Notes: a model not told the origin generated them from the letters alone. A stretch of 64,000 bases of DNA from Candidatus Amesbacteria bacterium GW2011_GWB1_47_19 (GCA_001002325.1 LCNZ01000001.1:3773-67772); one strand, 5' to 3'. Shown: positions 48,454-58,093, numbered from the stretch's first letter. Numbers and translations are program-made.

Positions 48454-49389
48454 GTGGATATAAAAGATGAATGGAATGAAGGAGTGACGCATCCGCTGCA
48501 GAGTTGGGAGTGGGGGGAATTCCGGGCCAAGAGACAGCCTGTTAGCAGGATAGAGGGTTTTTTAATTGTTTGGACAAAGGTTCCATACACTCCATTTACT
48601 TTCGGGTATATTCCTATGGGAAGAGCCCCAAATGAAATAGAAATTGAGAAAATAAGGGAGGAAGGTCGAAAAATGAGAGCGATCGGGATAAGAATAGAGC
48701 CAAACCTCAAGCGTGGGGAATTAACCAATTTTCAATTTTCAATTTTCAATAAATTTTTCAAACCCGGGAGACATTTATTTAAACCGAAAACGTTGCTTTT
48801 GGATCTGACAAAGAGTGAAGAAGAGCTGCTGGCGAACATGCATCCGAAAGGCAGATACAATATAAAAGTAGCCCAACGATATGGTGTAAAAGCCCACGAA
48901 GACAGTTCAAGTTCAAAAGCTTTTGATGTTTATCTAAAACTGATGTTCGAAGGAACGGCAAAAAGACAAAAAATTTATGCACATTCGGGAGATTATCACA
49001 GACAAATGTGGAATGTGTTGCGACCAGCCGGGATAGCTCATCTATTTACGGCAAAATATAAAGACAGAATAATTGCTTTAGCGATGATATTTAAATTTAA
49101 AGAAACGGCTTATTACGCTTATGGGGCTTCAGCGCTGGAACACAAGGAAGTGATGGCGCCGACACTGCTGTTATGGGAGGCAATCCGATGGAGTAAGCAG
49201 TCAGGGTGCACGGTATTTGATTTGTGGGGGGCGGAAGGAGGAAAAGGTTTTTCCAGATTTAAAGAACAATTCGGGGGACAACCGGTCAAACTGGCGGGAA
49301 CTTTTGATCTGCCGGTCGATCTCCTGCTTTATTTATTATTCAGAGCGGCAGAGGCAGCGCGATGGAAAATACTACGAATCTTCAAATAA
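48454..49389 (+). CDS. FemAB-family aminoacyl-tRNA-dependent peptidyltransferase
   Basis: KGRYNIKVAQRYGV and a C-terminal HLFTAKYKDRIIALAMIF...AYYAYGAS give the FemAB GNAT-like duplication. Confidence 0.7.
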   Translation: MDIKDEWNEGVTHPLQSWEWGEFRAKRQPVSRIEGFLIVWTKVPYTPFTFGYIPMGRAPNEIEIEKIREEGRKMRAIGIRIEPNLKRGELTNFQFSIFNKFFKPGRHLFKPKTLLLDLTKSEEELLANMHPKGRYNIKVAQRYGVKAHEDSSSSKAFDVYLKLMFEGTAKRQKIYAHSGDYHRQMWNVLRPAGIAHLFTAKYKDRIIALAMIFKFKETAYYAYGASALEHKEVMAPTLLLWEAIRWSKQSGCTVFDLWGAEGGKGFSRFKEQFGGQPVKLAGTFDLPVDLLLYLLFRAAEAARWKILRIFK

Positions 49390-50231
49390 TTGAAGATGTA
49401 AGACAAAGCGCGGAGTACGGTGAGTATACGAAGAGGATAGGATGGAAAACAATTCAGGTCACTAGCCCCAAGTCACAAAACCAAATATTCTTAAGAAAAC
49501 TGGGGCCGGTAAGTGTGGTTAAAATACAAAGAGTATATTTGCCACTGCCTTGGGAGGAAATTGAGGAGGTTTTGAAAGAAAACAGAGTGATGATGTGTAA
49601 ATTGGAACCATTAAGATTTGGCCCAGAATTCACGATTCATGATTTGAGAAACCGGGGATGGAAATTGGATAAATGGCCACTAATCGGAGCGAAAACACTG
49701 AGAATAAGTTTAAGTCCAAGTTTAAGTTCAATAATGTCGGGGTTTAAGAAGGACGCGAGGTACTGTATTCGACAGGTTACAAACCTCAATCCACAAATCA
49801 CAAAAAATAATTTTGATAAATTTTTTGAAATCTGGAGGGAGGCGAACAGAATTAAACGTTTATGGACACCGAAGAAAAAAGATTACCAAAGCCTGGTGGA
49901 TTCTTTCGGGAAGAAATGTTTTTGCGTGATGGTAAATGACTTGGCCGGGTGTCTGGTGTTGATGCATGAAAGGATGGCGTATTATTTTTATTCCGGTGCT
50001 CTGCCTGAGGGAAAGGTTAGAAACCTACCCTATCTGGTGGCCTGGGAAGCCATGAAAGAAGCCAAAATAAGGGGCTGTCTGGTGTGGGACTGGGAAGGTA
50101 TATACGACACCAGATGGCCGAACAAGGGGTGGCGGGGGTTTTCGCATTTTAAAAAAAGCTTCGGGGGAGAAGAGGTCCAATTTCCGGGAAGTTTCAACCG
50201 CTGGATGTGGCCATATCGCAAAGGGTTTTGA
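49362..50231 (+). CDS. FemAB-family protein, second tandem paralog
   Basis: It has similar architecture (KKDARYCIRQ...CFCVMVNDLAGCLVLMHERMAYYFYSGAL) and is translationally coupled to the first. Confidence 0.65.
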   Translation: MENTTNLQIIEDVRQSAEYGEYTKRIGWKTIQVTSPKSQNQIFLRKLGPVSVVKIQRVYLPLPWEEIEEVLKENRVMMCKLEPLRFGPEFTIHDLRNRGWKLDKWPLIGAKTLRISLSPSLSSIMSGFKKDARYCIRQVTNLNPQITKNNFDKFFEIWREANRIKRLWTPKKKDYQSLVDSFGKKCFCVMVNDLAGCLVLMHERMAYYFYSGALPEGKVRNLPYLVAWEAMKEAKIRGCLVWDWEGIYDTRWPNKGWRGFSHFKKSFGGEEVQFPGSFNRWMWPYRKGF

Positions 50232-53200
50232 AATCACATTTCTGACAAATGATGGATCCGGAGCAGCGAAAATCGGAGCGAGAAATAGCATCAGCATATT
50301 CGAAAATCTGTTTTTTGGCCTGGTCCAGCTGGGCGGCGGTACGCGTCACAGAGATCTTTTTGTCTTCTTCGAAATAATAAAGTGAAAGAATAATATCCTG
50401 AGATTTTTTGCCGAAAGGAGGATAGGGAATTGAAGTCGCGGCCAGGGCATAAAAAGATAGTTGGAGATCTTTCTCGGCTTCTTTTTGGGTGAGACTTTTG
50501 GAGCTGGTTTTGTAGTCAATGATTTCGATTTTGCCGCCAGGGAGGATGTCAACCCGGTCTATTTTACCACCGATTTTGATGGTCCGACTTCTGTTGTCGC
50601 TCACCACCGGCACGGTAAACGGCTCTTCCAGCTTGACTGGCAGGTGCCGGGGGTCAAATCTGGTGGCTAAATATTCCTGCAGGTAGCGGCGACCTTTGGC
50701 CTGGTAAGCGACGGCGTGCCGGGGATTAAGATACCCCGCCGGGGACCAATTTTGGGCAAAAAGTTTCAAAATATCCGGCTTCAACCCGCGGGCTGTTTGA
50801 TCAAAAAAGTCACGAAGGGTACGATGGATGGTGTTGCCAAAACCGGAAGCGGCGGAGGGGGGGGTAGGTAGTTTTAATATATATTTGGCTTTGTAGTGAA
50901 GAGGGCAGTCGAGAAATGTCTGGATCTGGGAGTAACTGAGGTAGTTAATAGTTATTTGTTTATGGTTGGTCGTTTGTGGCGTAGGAGGTGAAGTCTTTTG
51001 CCAGTCAATTAATGAAAGTTGGCTCTCTACCTGGGTGGCAGAACTGACAGCCAAAGATCCCAGTGTTTCAGTGATAAAAGGAGAGAGTTTTTTTGCGCGT
51101 TTACCTTCACCGTAATAATCGGCAGCAGTCAGAAATACCCGGTCTTTAGCCCGGGTCAGGCCGACGTAAAAAAGCCGCCTTTCCTCCTGCAGGTGGAAGT
51201 CTCCGCTGGGTAAAATTTCCTTGATGAGGGCTTCGGGGATGGGAATAGTTTCCTGACGCTGGCTGGAGGGGAAGCGCTGGGAAACCAGGTTAACCAGAAA
51301 AACTACCCGAAATTCCAGCCCTTTGGCGGAATGAAGAGTCAGAATATTTATAGCGTCGTTATCGGACCAATCGAAATTAGTGGCTAGGGGTGACTCCCCA
51401 ACTTCCAGCGACAAATCCAGCCAGTCCATAACAGCCCTAACTGAAGCATCGGAATGTTCCGATTCAAAAGTCTTGAGCTTGTTGAAAAAACGAGTAATAT
51501 TGGCTGCCCGGTGTTCGTCGATGGGAGTTTGATATTTAAGAATGGCGGAAAGCATTCCGGAATCGCGAAGGAAATAGTACAGGATTTGACCAGCTGACTC
51601 TTTGGATAATAGTCCCAGATGGTGATGGATGAGGCTGATTAAGTTTTTTAGAGTATCAATTGAGTCTGCAGTTAAGGGCGGACGGGGCAAGACAATTTGG
51701 GTGGTGCGGATGCCAGACAGGTGTTCTAAGGCTGAAAAAAGGGAAAGACCGGAGCGCTTGGTAAAACTGGTTAAGGATGCCAGATCCCGGGGAGAAAGGG
51801 CAAAAAAATCCATAGCCAGCACCCGGTACAGGGAGATGTCATCATTAATGTCCGACAGAAACCGTAAATAGGCAATTAAATCTTTGACTTCGGGCTGGTG
51901 AAACAACCGGGCGGGACCTAAAAATTGAGCCGGAATTCCCCGGCGGGATAAGGCGCGTAAAAACGGTTCGGAATGGACATTAGCCCGCACCAGAATAGCA
52001 ATATCTTTAGGACTAAGTTCTAAGTGCGTAGCGCTAAGAAATTCTTTTATTTTTTTAGCAACAGCATCGGCTTCGTCTTCCACCCCGGAGGTGTGTATGA
52101 ATTCGATAGGCTCCGGAGGGTGGCGGCGAACAGCCGTCAGTTTTTTGTCTATTTTTTCCTTTATTTCCAGCCGGTCGGGATTGTTGTACTGAATTAATTG
52201 GTACGCCCGATCCAAAATCTCCTGAGAAGAGCGATAATTTTGGGTAAGAACAATTATTTTGGCTTTGGGATAAGTGGATTTGAATTGAATTACGTTGCTG
52301 ACGGCCGCCCCCCGCCAGCGATAGATAGAATTATGAACCACTATTCCGTTGGCAATATAGTTATGGGATTTGGCAATTTCCAGATCGTATACCGAAATTC
52401 TTTTATAGGTTACCCTTCTGGAAATCACTTGGTCATAAACTACCTCCGCGCCTAAAACTACCGGTATACGCATACCGGGTAAGATATTACCGACGGGTAT
52501 GACGAGTGCTCTACGGGAGAAATTATTGCGTTTTCCGACCTCAAACTTGGATTCAAATATCGCATCGGTGGTGTTTACTAGTTTTCGGGCAAATTCACCG
52601 GCTTGCAGAATATCAGAAAAGGCCTTCTGTACCTTCCACCCTTTTTTTGCTTTGGTAAGATGAATATTGTGTTGTCGTAATTTATTGATGATTGTGGGGG
52701 AAGATGTTTCGAGATGAACCTGATGAGAAACAGAGGGATTTAGTAATAACCGATTTCTTGCCCATTTGGTCCGATGGCGACGATAACAGAGGGTGAGTAT
52801 TACCTTAGCTCGATGGGATCCTCCTCGAACCACACCTCCGAGTGCAAAATGATGTGCATGGAGATAGACTCCTAAATCACGGGCGAGTTTTATTGCGGCT
52901 GTATTCGTATCTATCTGAGAATATAGTTTCGTTAACCACTCGCCCTTTAATGTCATTCGTTTACGGGGCATAAATGGACAAGTAGGTATTCCATATTTGA
53001 GAGTGTATAGGGTTTCGTAATATCGGGCTTCAGACTCGGTAGAACAAGATTTAATAGCTAAAATACTGTCTGCAGAACGTTCAAGTTTTAATCTTTGAGC
53101 TAAATCATCGGTGATACCCAAGCGCCAACCTAAGTTTCGGCGATGCATCAAATAAACATAATAGAATCTGCGGATGCCGTATTTTTTACCAGGTGTGAGG

Positions 53201-54228
53201 CAAAAAAATTTATGATTATCTGTGGCTACAATTTTTCGACCACTTTCCGTTATCAAGGTGATCATTCTTGCTGATTTTAAATTTTTGTTAATATGGGTAA
53301 CTGTAGACGTGGACAGATAACCCTTCCCTACGGCTGTGACAACAGAATCACCAACGGACATTTTTTCGATAGTTGTGGTTCCTGCAGGGGTGGTAATCAG
53401 AGTTCCTGCAGGTAAGCACTGGTCATCGTCGGCCACTACGGTGAGATTTTGGGAGGAATTGACCATTAGATTGACCAACTGGTTTTGGGAGTAATTGGTA
53501 TCCTGGAATTCATCAACTAAAATGTACTTGAATTTTGATTGGTAATCCCTAAGTATGTTGGGGCGGGTACGGAAAAGCTGAAGAGTGTAGGAAATAAGGT
53601 CGGCAAAGTCCAATTGGCTGTCTTTAATTTTGAGGTCGGTGTAAGCTTGATAAACTTTGGCCAGTTCCAGGTATTTTTCCTGATCCATCCTGGAATCTGC
53701 GGTTTGGTTTTTGAGTGAGGCAGCCCAGTCCAGATACAGCCGTGGAGAAATGTCTTCGTCCTGGAGCCGGCTGAAATGTGTCAGGAGACCGGAAATGAAT
53801 TTGGTGGGATTCCCCAAAGGGCGAAAGTATTCCAGGCCCAAGTCGAAAAGGTGACGGTGAAGAAGAGAGGTGGCTTCGGTTTCGGTCAACAGCTGAAAGT
53901 TGGAATTGAGACCGATGTGCAAACCTTCGTCGCGTAATATCCGGTCGCAAAATGAATGGAAGGTCATTACCCACATTTGGGTATAACCATAGGGCATTGC
54001 CTGATCGATACGGGTTTCCATTTCCTGGGCGGCTTTTTCGGTAAAGGTGAGTGACAAAATTTCCTCGGGTTTGGCCAGGCCGGAAGATATGAGGTGTTTG
54101 ACCCGTTCGGTAATAACGGTGGTTTTGCCGGTCCCGGCACCGGCAATAATGAGCAAGGGTCCGGTACCGTATTTAACGGCAGCCAGCTGTTGTTTATTTA
54201 GCTTTTTTTCTGAAGTCATGCAGCTCAT
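50194..54228 (-). CDS. UvrD-like SF1 helicase fused to a C-terminal PD-(D/E)xK, Cas4/AddB-like Fe-S nuclease domain, interrupted by a 363-aa intein in motif III
   Basis: The N-terminal Walker A is AGAGTGKT and motif II is ILVDEFQDTN. Motif III is split as VVADDDQ | intein | SIYRWRGA. The C-terminal nuclease-like region carries CPLHYK, IIDYKTS and CSGSIICQKC...C. Confidence 0.85.
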   Translation of the reverse strand: MSCMTSEKKLNKQQLAAVKYGTGPLLIIAGAGTGKTTVITERVKHLISSGLAKPEEILSLTFTEKAAQEMETRIDQAMPYGYTQMWVMTFHSFCDRILRDEGLHIGLNSNFQLLTETEATSLLHRHLFDLGLEYFRPLGNPTKFISGLLTHFSRLQDEDISPRLYLDWAASLKNQTADSRMDQEKYLELAKVYQAYTDLKIKDSQLDFADLISYTLQLFRTRPNILRDYQSKFKYILVDEFQDTNYSQNQLVNLMVNSSQNLTVVADDDQCLPAGTLITTPAGTTTIEKMSVGDSVVTAVGKGYLSTSTVTHINKNLKSARMITLITESGRKIVATDNHKFFCLTPGKKYGIRRFYYVYLMHRRNLGWRLGITDDLAQRLKLERSADSILAIKSCSTESEARYYETLYTLKYGIPTCPFMPRKRMTLKGEWLTKLYSQIDTNTAAIKLARDLGVYLHAHHFALGGVVRGGSHRAKVILTLCYRRHRTKWARNRLLLNPSVSHQVHLETSSPTIINKLRQHNIHLTKAKKGWKVQKAFSDILQAGEFARKLVNTTDAIFESKFEVGKRNNFSRRALVIPVGNILPGMRIPVVLGAEVVYDQVISRRVTYKRISVYDLEIAKSHNYIANGIVVHNSIYRWRGAAVSNVIQFKSTYPKAKIIVLTQNYRSSQEILDRAYQLIQYNNPDRLEIKEKIDKKLTAVRRHPPEPIEFIHTSGVEDEADAVAKKIKEFLSATHLELSPKDIAILVRANVHSEPFLRALSRRGIPAQFLGPARLFHQPEVKDLIAYLRFLSDINDDISLYRVLAMDFFALSPRDLASLTSFTKRSGLSLFSALEHLSGIRTTQIVLPRPPLTADSIDTLKNLISLIHHHLGLLSKESAGQILYYFLRDSGMLSAILKYQTPIDEHRAANITRFFNKLKTFESEHSDASVRAVMDWLDLSLEVGESPLATNFDWSDNDAINILTLHSAKGLEFRVVFLVNLVSQRFPSSQRQETIPIPEALIKEILPSGDFHLQEERRLFYVGLTRAKDRVFLTAADYYGEGKRAKKLSPFITETLGSLAVSSATQVESQLSLIDWQKTSPPTPQTTNHKQITINYLSYSQIQTFLDCPLHYKAKYILKLPTPPSAASGFGNTIHRTLRDFFDQTARGLKPDILKLFAQNWSPAGYLNPRHAVAYQAKGRRYLQEYLATRFDPRHLPVKLEEPFTVPVVSDNRSRTIKIGGKIDRVDILPGGKIEIIDYKTSSKSLTQKEAEKDLQLSFYALAATSIPYPPFGKKSQDIILSLYYFEEDKKISVTRTAAQLDQAKKQIFEYADAISRSDFRCSGSIICQKCDFKTLCDMATSSG
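52330..53418 (-). mobile_element. Intein (363 aa) inserted in helicase motif III; a possibly degenerate homing-endonuclease insert lies between the Hint halves
   Basis: Block A is Cys1 (CLPAGTLITT). Block B is TDNH. Blocks F and G are VYDLEIAKSHNYIANGIVVHN, followed by +1 Ser. The flanking extein reconstitutes DDDQSIYRWRGA. Confidence 0.8.
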
Positions 54229-54234
54229 TATATA

Positions 54235-54822
54235 ATGCGGGGAATGAGTATCTGCGGGTTGGATGAGGCGGGGAGAGGAGCGCTGGCTGGGCCTTTAGTG
54301 GCGGCTGCTACAGTGCTCAATTCTCAGTGCTCAGTGCTCAAGCTAAATGATTCGAAGAGACTGAATAAAAGACAAAGAGAAAGATTGTATCAACAAATCA
54401 TTGATTCCGGAGCTGAAGTGGCAGTGGAGATTATAACAGCCCGGCAGATCAACAACCGGGGAATGGGATGGGCTAATAAAGAGGTGTTTAAGAAATTAAT
54501 TAAAAAAATTGACGCAGACAAGTACATTGTTGACGGTAATCTGCGAATAAGAGTTAATGGTAAAAGTAACAGGATTAAGTCGGTTATAAAGGCTGACGAG
54601 ACGAGGAAATGTGTGATGGCGGCGTCAATTATGGCCAAGGTGGTAAGAGATGAGTACATGAAAAAACTGCATGATAAGCATATGATTTACGATTGGGATA
54701 AAAATGCCGGATACGGGACAAAAAAACATATTGAGGCGATTAAGGAATTCGGCATGATCCATTACCACCGAAGCGTGTGGGTGACTACGGCTTTGAGAAA
54801 ATTCAGTGACCGTTTCGTTTAA
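54235..54822 (+). CDS. rnhB: Ribonuclease HII
   Basis: CGLDEAGRGALAGPLVAAA is the DEAGRG catalytic motif. It is 195 aa. Confidence 0.9.
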   Translation: MRGMSICGLDEAGRGALAGPLVAAATVLNSQCSVLKLNDSKRLNKRQRERLYQQIIDSGAEVAVEIITARQINNRGMGWANKEVFKKLIKKIDADKYIVDGNLRIRVNGKSNRIKSVIKADETRKCVMAASIMAKVVRDEYMKKLHDKHMIYDWDKNAGYGTKKHIEAIKEFGMIHYHRSVWVTTALRKFSDRFV

Positions 54823-55477
54823 TAATTTGCCGCAGGCGGGATTGAGTTTCTGGGTTAGTGGTAGGCGGTTTATGTCCATTTTGAATTATTACTCCAATAG
54901 GAATATCTTGTCTTTTGCGCCATCCTCTTTTACGTTGATTCCATTTATTGAGCGTATCCTGCCATTCCGGTTGCTGCTGTCTGACAACCCGGAAGGGGGT
55001 ACGATGGAAGTTACTCCCTGAAGGTAAATGTCAAGAACATGTCCGACGGATACGCTATAATCTGCGGATTATGGTAGAAACACCCCGATTAATAACCGAT
55101 GTGAAAGAGGCCAAAAAGGCTGTTACGCGCGGGCTCAAACCAAATGAGTAGATATCTGCGGGGGTTATGGGGATGATTGTTCCCAACTGTCCGGCAGTGA
55201 TTGACAATTCTTCCAATCCTTTCAGTGTTGGCAACAAATTTAAAAGAATTTTAAATGGTTATCTGGCAAAAGGTGCGATCAGGCCTCGAGGCTGTTCGGG
55301 ACTGCAAATTGATCCGGAGTTGTCTACCAGTGAGTCGCTGGATAATTGGTTTGCGGGGCATGAGAAGGCAATCAACGGATTTGTTACGTATAGTCTTAAT
55401 GGCAAGAATGTGTTTTTACACCAAGTATGCGACGGTTGTTCTTTAAGAGATCGAACATAGAAAAGGCGTGGATGGTA

Positions 55478-56476
55478 TCAGCTGTAGAAGTTCCGCTCCC
55501 AAGTCTGTGATTTGAGTTCTTCTAATAATCGAGCCGGCAGTCTTTCTGCATCAGATGCGGAAGTGTTGGCGTCTACATAGGAAACCTTGCGCATACCCGG
55601 AATTATTGTGGAAACTTCTTTGAACGATAATAAATAACGCAAGGCCAAATCAACCAAACCTCCGGCCTCATTACCCAACAATTTTTTAAGAGCGTCTGTG
55701 CGTATAACCAACTCCCTGAGCCTTTCGGGGTTAAAATATTGTTGACGAAAATCACCGGTAGCAAATCGGGTTTGAGTATCGAATTTACCGGTTAACCCCC
55801 CTTCGTCCAGGGGAACCCGGGCGATTAAGCCGATATTGTTACTTTGGGCGTACGGGAGCAGCCTTTCGGCAGGTTTCTGGTGAAAAATATTGAAAATAAA
55901 TTGAACCGCAGAAATCAAGCCTGTATCAAGAGCTTTTAAGCAGTTCTCGGGCTGATAATCATTGACGGATATACCCCAGTAGCTGACTTTGCCGTCCCGG
56001 GTCAGCTTTCGGATTATGTTTTTCCAACCGTCTTCTTTTACGAAACTGTCCTGCCAGACATGAAATTGCATCAGATCCAGATGATCTATCCCCAAATCTT
56101 TCAATGAATCGTCTACGCATTTAATTATCCAGTTGTCAGGAAATACTTCAGAGATGGGAACTTCCGGTTGGGCAGGCCAATGCATGTTTTTGGGAGGAAC
56201 TTTGGAAGCAATGATAAGTTTGTTTCTTTGTCCGGATTCTTTAAGAAATTTGCCAATCAGTTCGTGAGAGCGACGGCGGCCGTCTTTTTCATCGTATCCA
56301 TAAATCCAGGCCGTATCTATAAAATTTCCTCCGAGTTCGGTATAGCGATGGAGGCTCTTTAAACTTTCATTCAGATTACTATCCACCCAATAATTGGGGT
56401 CACCAGCCAGCTGCCAGGTGCCGATCCCGATCTCGGCAACTTTTAGTCCGGTTTTCCCAAGTGTGCGATACTTCAC
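55478..56476 (-). CDS. Aldo/keto reductase family oxidoreductase
   Basis: MKYRTLGKTGLKVAEIGIGTW...FIDTAWIYG is the AKR signature. Confidence 0.85.
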   Translation of the reverse strand: MKYRTLGKTGLKVAEIGIGTWQLAGDPNYWVDSNLNESLKSLHRYTELGGNFIDTAWIYGYDEKDGRRRSHELIGKFLKESGQRNKLIIASKVPPKNMHWPAQPEVPISEVFPDNWIIKCVDDSLKDLGIDHLDLMQFHVWQDSFVKEDGWKNIIRKLTRDGKVSYWGISVNDYQPENCLKALDTGLISAVQFIFNIFHQKPAERLLPYAQSNNIGLIARVPLDEGGLTGKFDTQTRFATGDFRQQYFNPERLRELVIRTDALKKLLGNEAGGLVDLALRYLLSFKEVSTIIPGMRKVSYVDANTSASDAERLPARLLEELKSQTWERNFYS

Positions 56477-56488
56477 CAGCCTATTGTA

Positions 56489-57178
56489 TCACCGGTGCAA
56501 ATATCGCCGGCGGAGGGGCTCGGGGAAACGTTCAATGGCGTAACGGAGGGAAGTGCGCGGAATGACTTTTCCATATTCGTCCAAAAAATCGGTCAGGGTT
56601 TTTTGACTACAGCGTTTGCCGACTTCACGCAGCATCCAGCCGACGGCTTTGTGAATTAAATCATGTTTGTCTGAGAGGAGAATTTGAGAAATCTTTAAAG
56701 CGTCGGCAGGATCATTTTGCTTAACGATGAAATACATACAACTGATAATGGCGATGCGTCTTTCCCAGAGGTTATCTGATTTGGTCAGTTGATAAAGGAT
56801 ATCACGGGGTTTGTCGGATAAATATACCCCGACGATTTTGGGGGCGGAAATGTCCACCAAATCCCAGTTATTAATATATTCCGTATTTTCTAAATAAAAA
56901 TTATAAATCTGTTCGGGATTTTTGGGGAATTGGTAGACTGAAATCTGAATAGCAATAGAACGCTCCTCGTGATACGGGGATTTGATTAATTGCTGAACCT
57001 CTTTTAGGGGCAGATCCCGATACTTTTTGGAAATACCCCGCATTTGGGGAGTGTTCAGGCCCAGAAATTTATCACCCTCACCATACTGGCCGGGGCCGGT
57101 TTTGAAAAACCACATTGAAGTTTTTGCTCTGTTTTCATCTGCCAGACTTCTGATTTCTTTTTGGATATCTCTGATCAT
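56489..57178 (-). CDS. DNA alkylation repair protein, AlkD/AlkC-like HEAT-repeat glycosylase
   Basis: WFFKTGPGQYGEGDKFLG...NNWDLVD...LWERRIAII...WMLREVGKR resembles the AlkD family pattern. Confidence 0.7.
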   Translation of the reverse strand: MIRDIQKEIRSLADENRAKTSMWFFKTGPGQYGEGDKFLGLNTPQMRGISKKYRDLPLKEVQQLIKSPYHEERSIAIQISVYQFPKNPEQIYNFYLENTEYINNWDLVDISAPKIVGVYLSDKPRDILYQLTKSDNLWERRIAIISCMYFIVKQNDPADALKISQILLSDKHDLIHKAVGWMLREVGKRCSQKTLTDFLDEYGKVIPRTSLRYAIERFPEPLRRRYLHR

Positions 57179-57753
57179 GCCGGGCGAAGGGTTTCTTTAA
57201 GGGGGTCGGATGTAACGAATTCAATTGTTTTGGGTTCTGCTTTGTCTAAATCGGAAATGCCTAAAAGATGATCGTATTCATGCTGAATTAGTCTGGCTAC
57301 AAAACCCGAAAATTCCTGTTCTTGTATTTTTCCTTTTTTATCCTTCCATTGCATTCTTATTGTATCAGATCTTTTAATGTCTGCCCACATAGTGCCACAG
57401 CTTAAACATAATTCACGGTAATAATTTAATTTTTTGGATTTTGAAATTATTTTCGGATTGATATAGATTTGGATTTCGCCGTTAAGATAAGTGACAAATA
57501 CAGATTTTGCTATGTTTATTTGAGGAGCCGCCAAACCCCGGCCAATCCCAGCAATTTTCTGGTATTCAATTAATATTTGACCCAATTTATTTCCAATTTC
57601 GATACCTTCTTTAATTGGAACAGCCCTGGTCTTATTTTTCAATATCGGATCACCTAAATAGCGAAACTCCGGGAATTTTTCAGCAATTTCCAAAAACAGC
57701 TTTGTTCTCTTGATGATTTGGATTCTGTCCACAGGGGAATTATACCCCGACAT
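57175..57753 (-). CDS. def: Peptide deformylase
   Basis: All three PDF motifs are present: GRGLAAPQI, ELCLSCG and QHEYDHL. Confidence 0.9.
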   Translation of the reverse strand: MSGYNSPVDRIQIIKRTKLFLEIAEKFPEFRYLGDPILKNKTRAVPIKEGIEIGNKLGQILIEYQKIAGIGRGLAAPQINIAKSVFVTYLNGEIQIYINPKIISKSKKLNYYRELCLSCGTMWADIKRSDTIRMQWKDKKGKIQEQEFSGFVARLIQHEYDHLLGISDLDKAEPKTIEFVTSDPLKETLRPA

Positions 57754-57768
57754 TCATTTCTTATTTGA

Positions 57769-58086
57769 TTAGGATAGTGACTGCCATAGGAAAGCAGTAA
57801 AGACGAGACATACCGGAATGCCGTAGGTAATAAACAGCCGGAAACGAGCTTCATCAGGAGAATAATTAAATAGCTTAAATAAAGCTTTCAGGTGGTTTTC
57901 TATAAAGCCTTTACCGGAAGTGCCGTATTGCCATCTGGTAAGAGGGCAATAACCCAAACCCCGGGAAATAATCAGATGATAAGCTATGGCACCAACTGCA
58001 ACCCAGTACCAGGCAATCCAAAACGGAAACGAGGCAAATAATATAATAACCAGATAATGAATTAAAGCGATGATTACCTTGGACAT
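57769..58086 (-). CDS. DUF2784-like small membrane protein
   Basis: It has three TM segments and a CPLTRW motif. Confidence 0.4.
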   Translation of the reverse strand: MSKVIIALIHYLVIILFASFPFWIAWYWVAVGAIAYHLIISRGLGYCPLTRWQYGTSGKGFIENHLKALFKLFNYSPDEARFRLFITYGIPVCLVFTAFLWQSLS

Positions 58087-58093
58087 AATGAAA

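Noticed and set aside
50194-54228. Reading the 1344-aa ORF as one giant novel multidomain helicase.
   Set aside because: The extra 363 aa interrupt helicase motif III exactly and show intein blocks A, B, F and G with a +1 Ser. The size anomaly is explained by an intein rather than by new domains.
54300-54340. A short direct repeat ctcagtgctcagtgctcaag inside rnhB.
   Set aside because: It is an in-frame coding repeat (NSQCSVLKL) of only about 8 nt and is not a regulatory or mobile feature.
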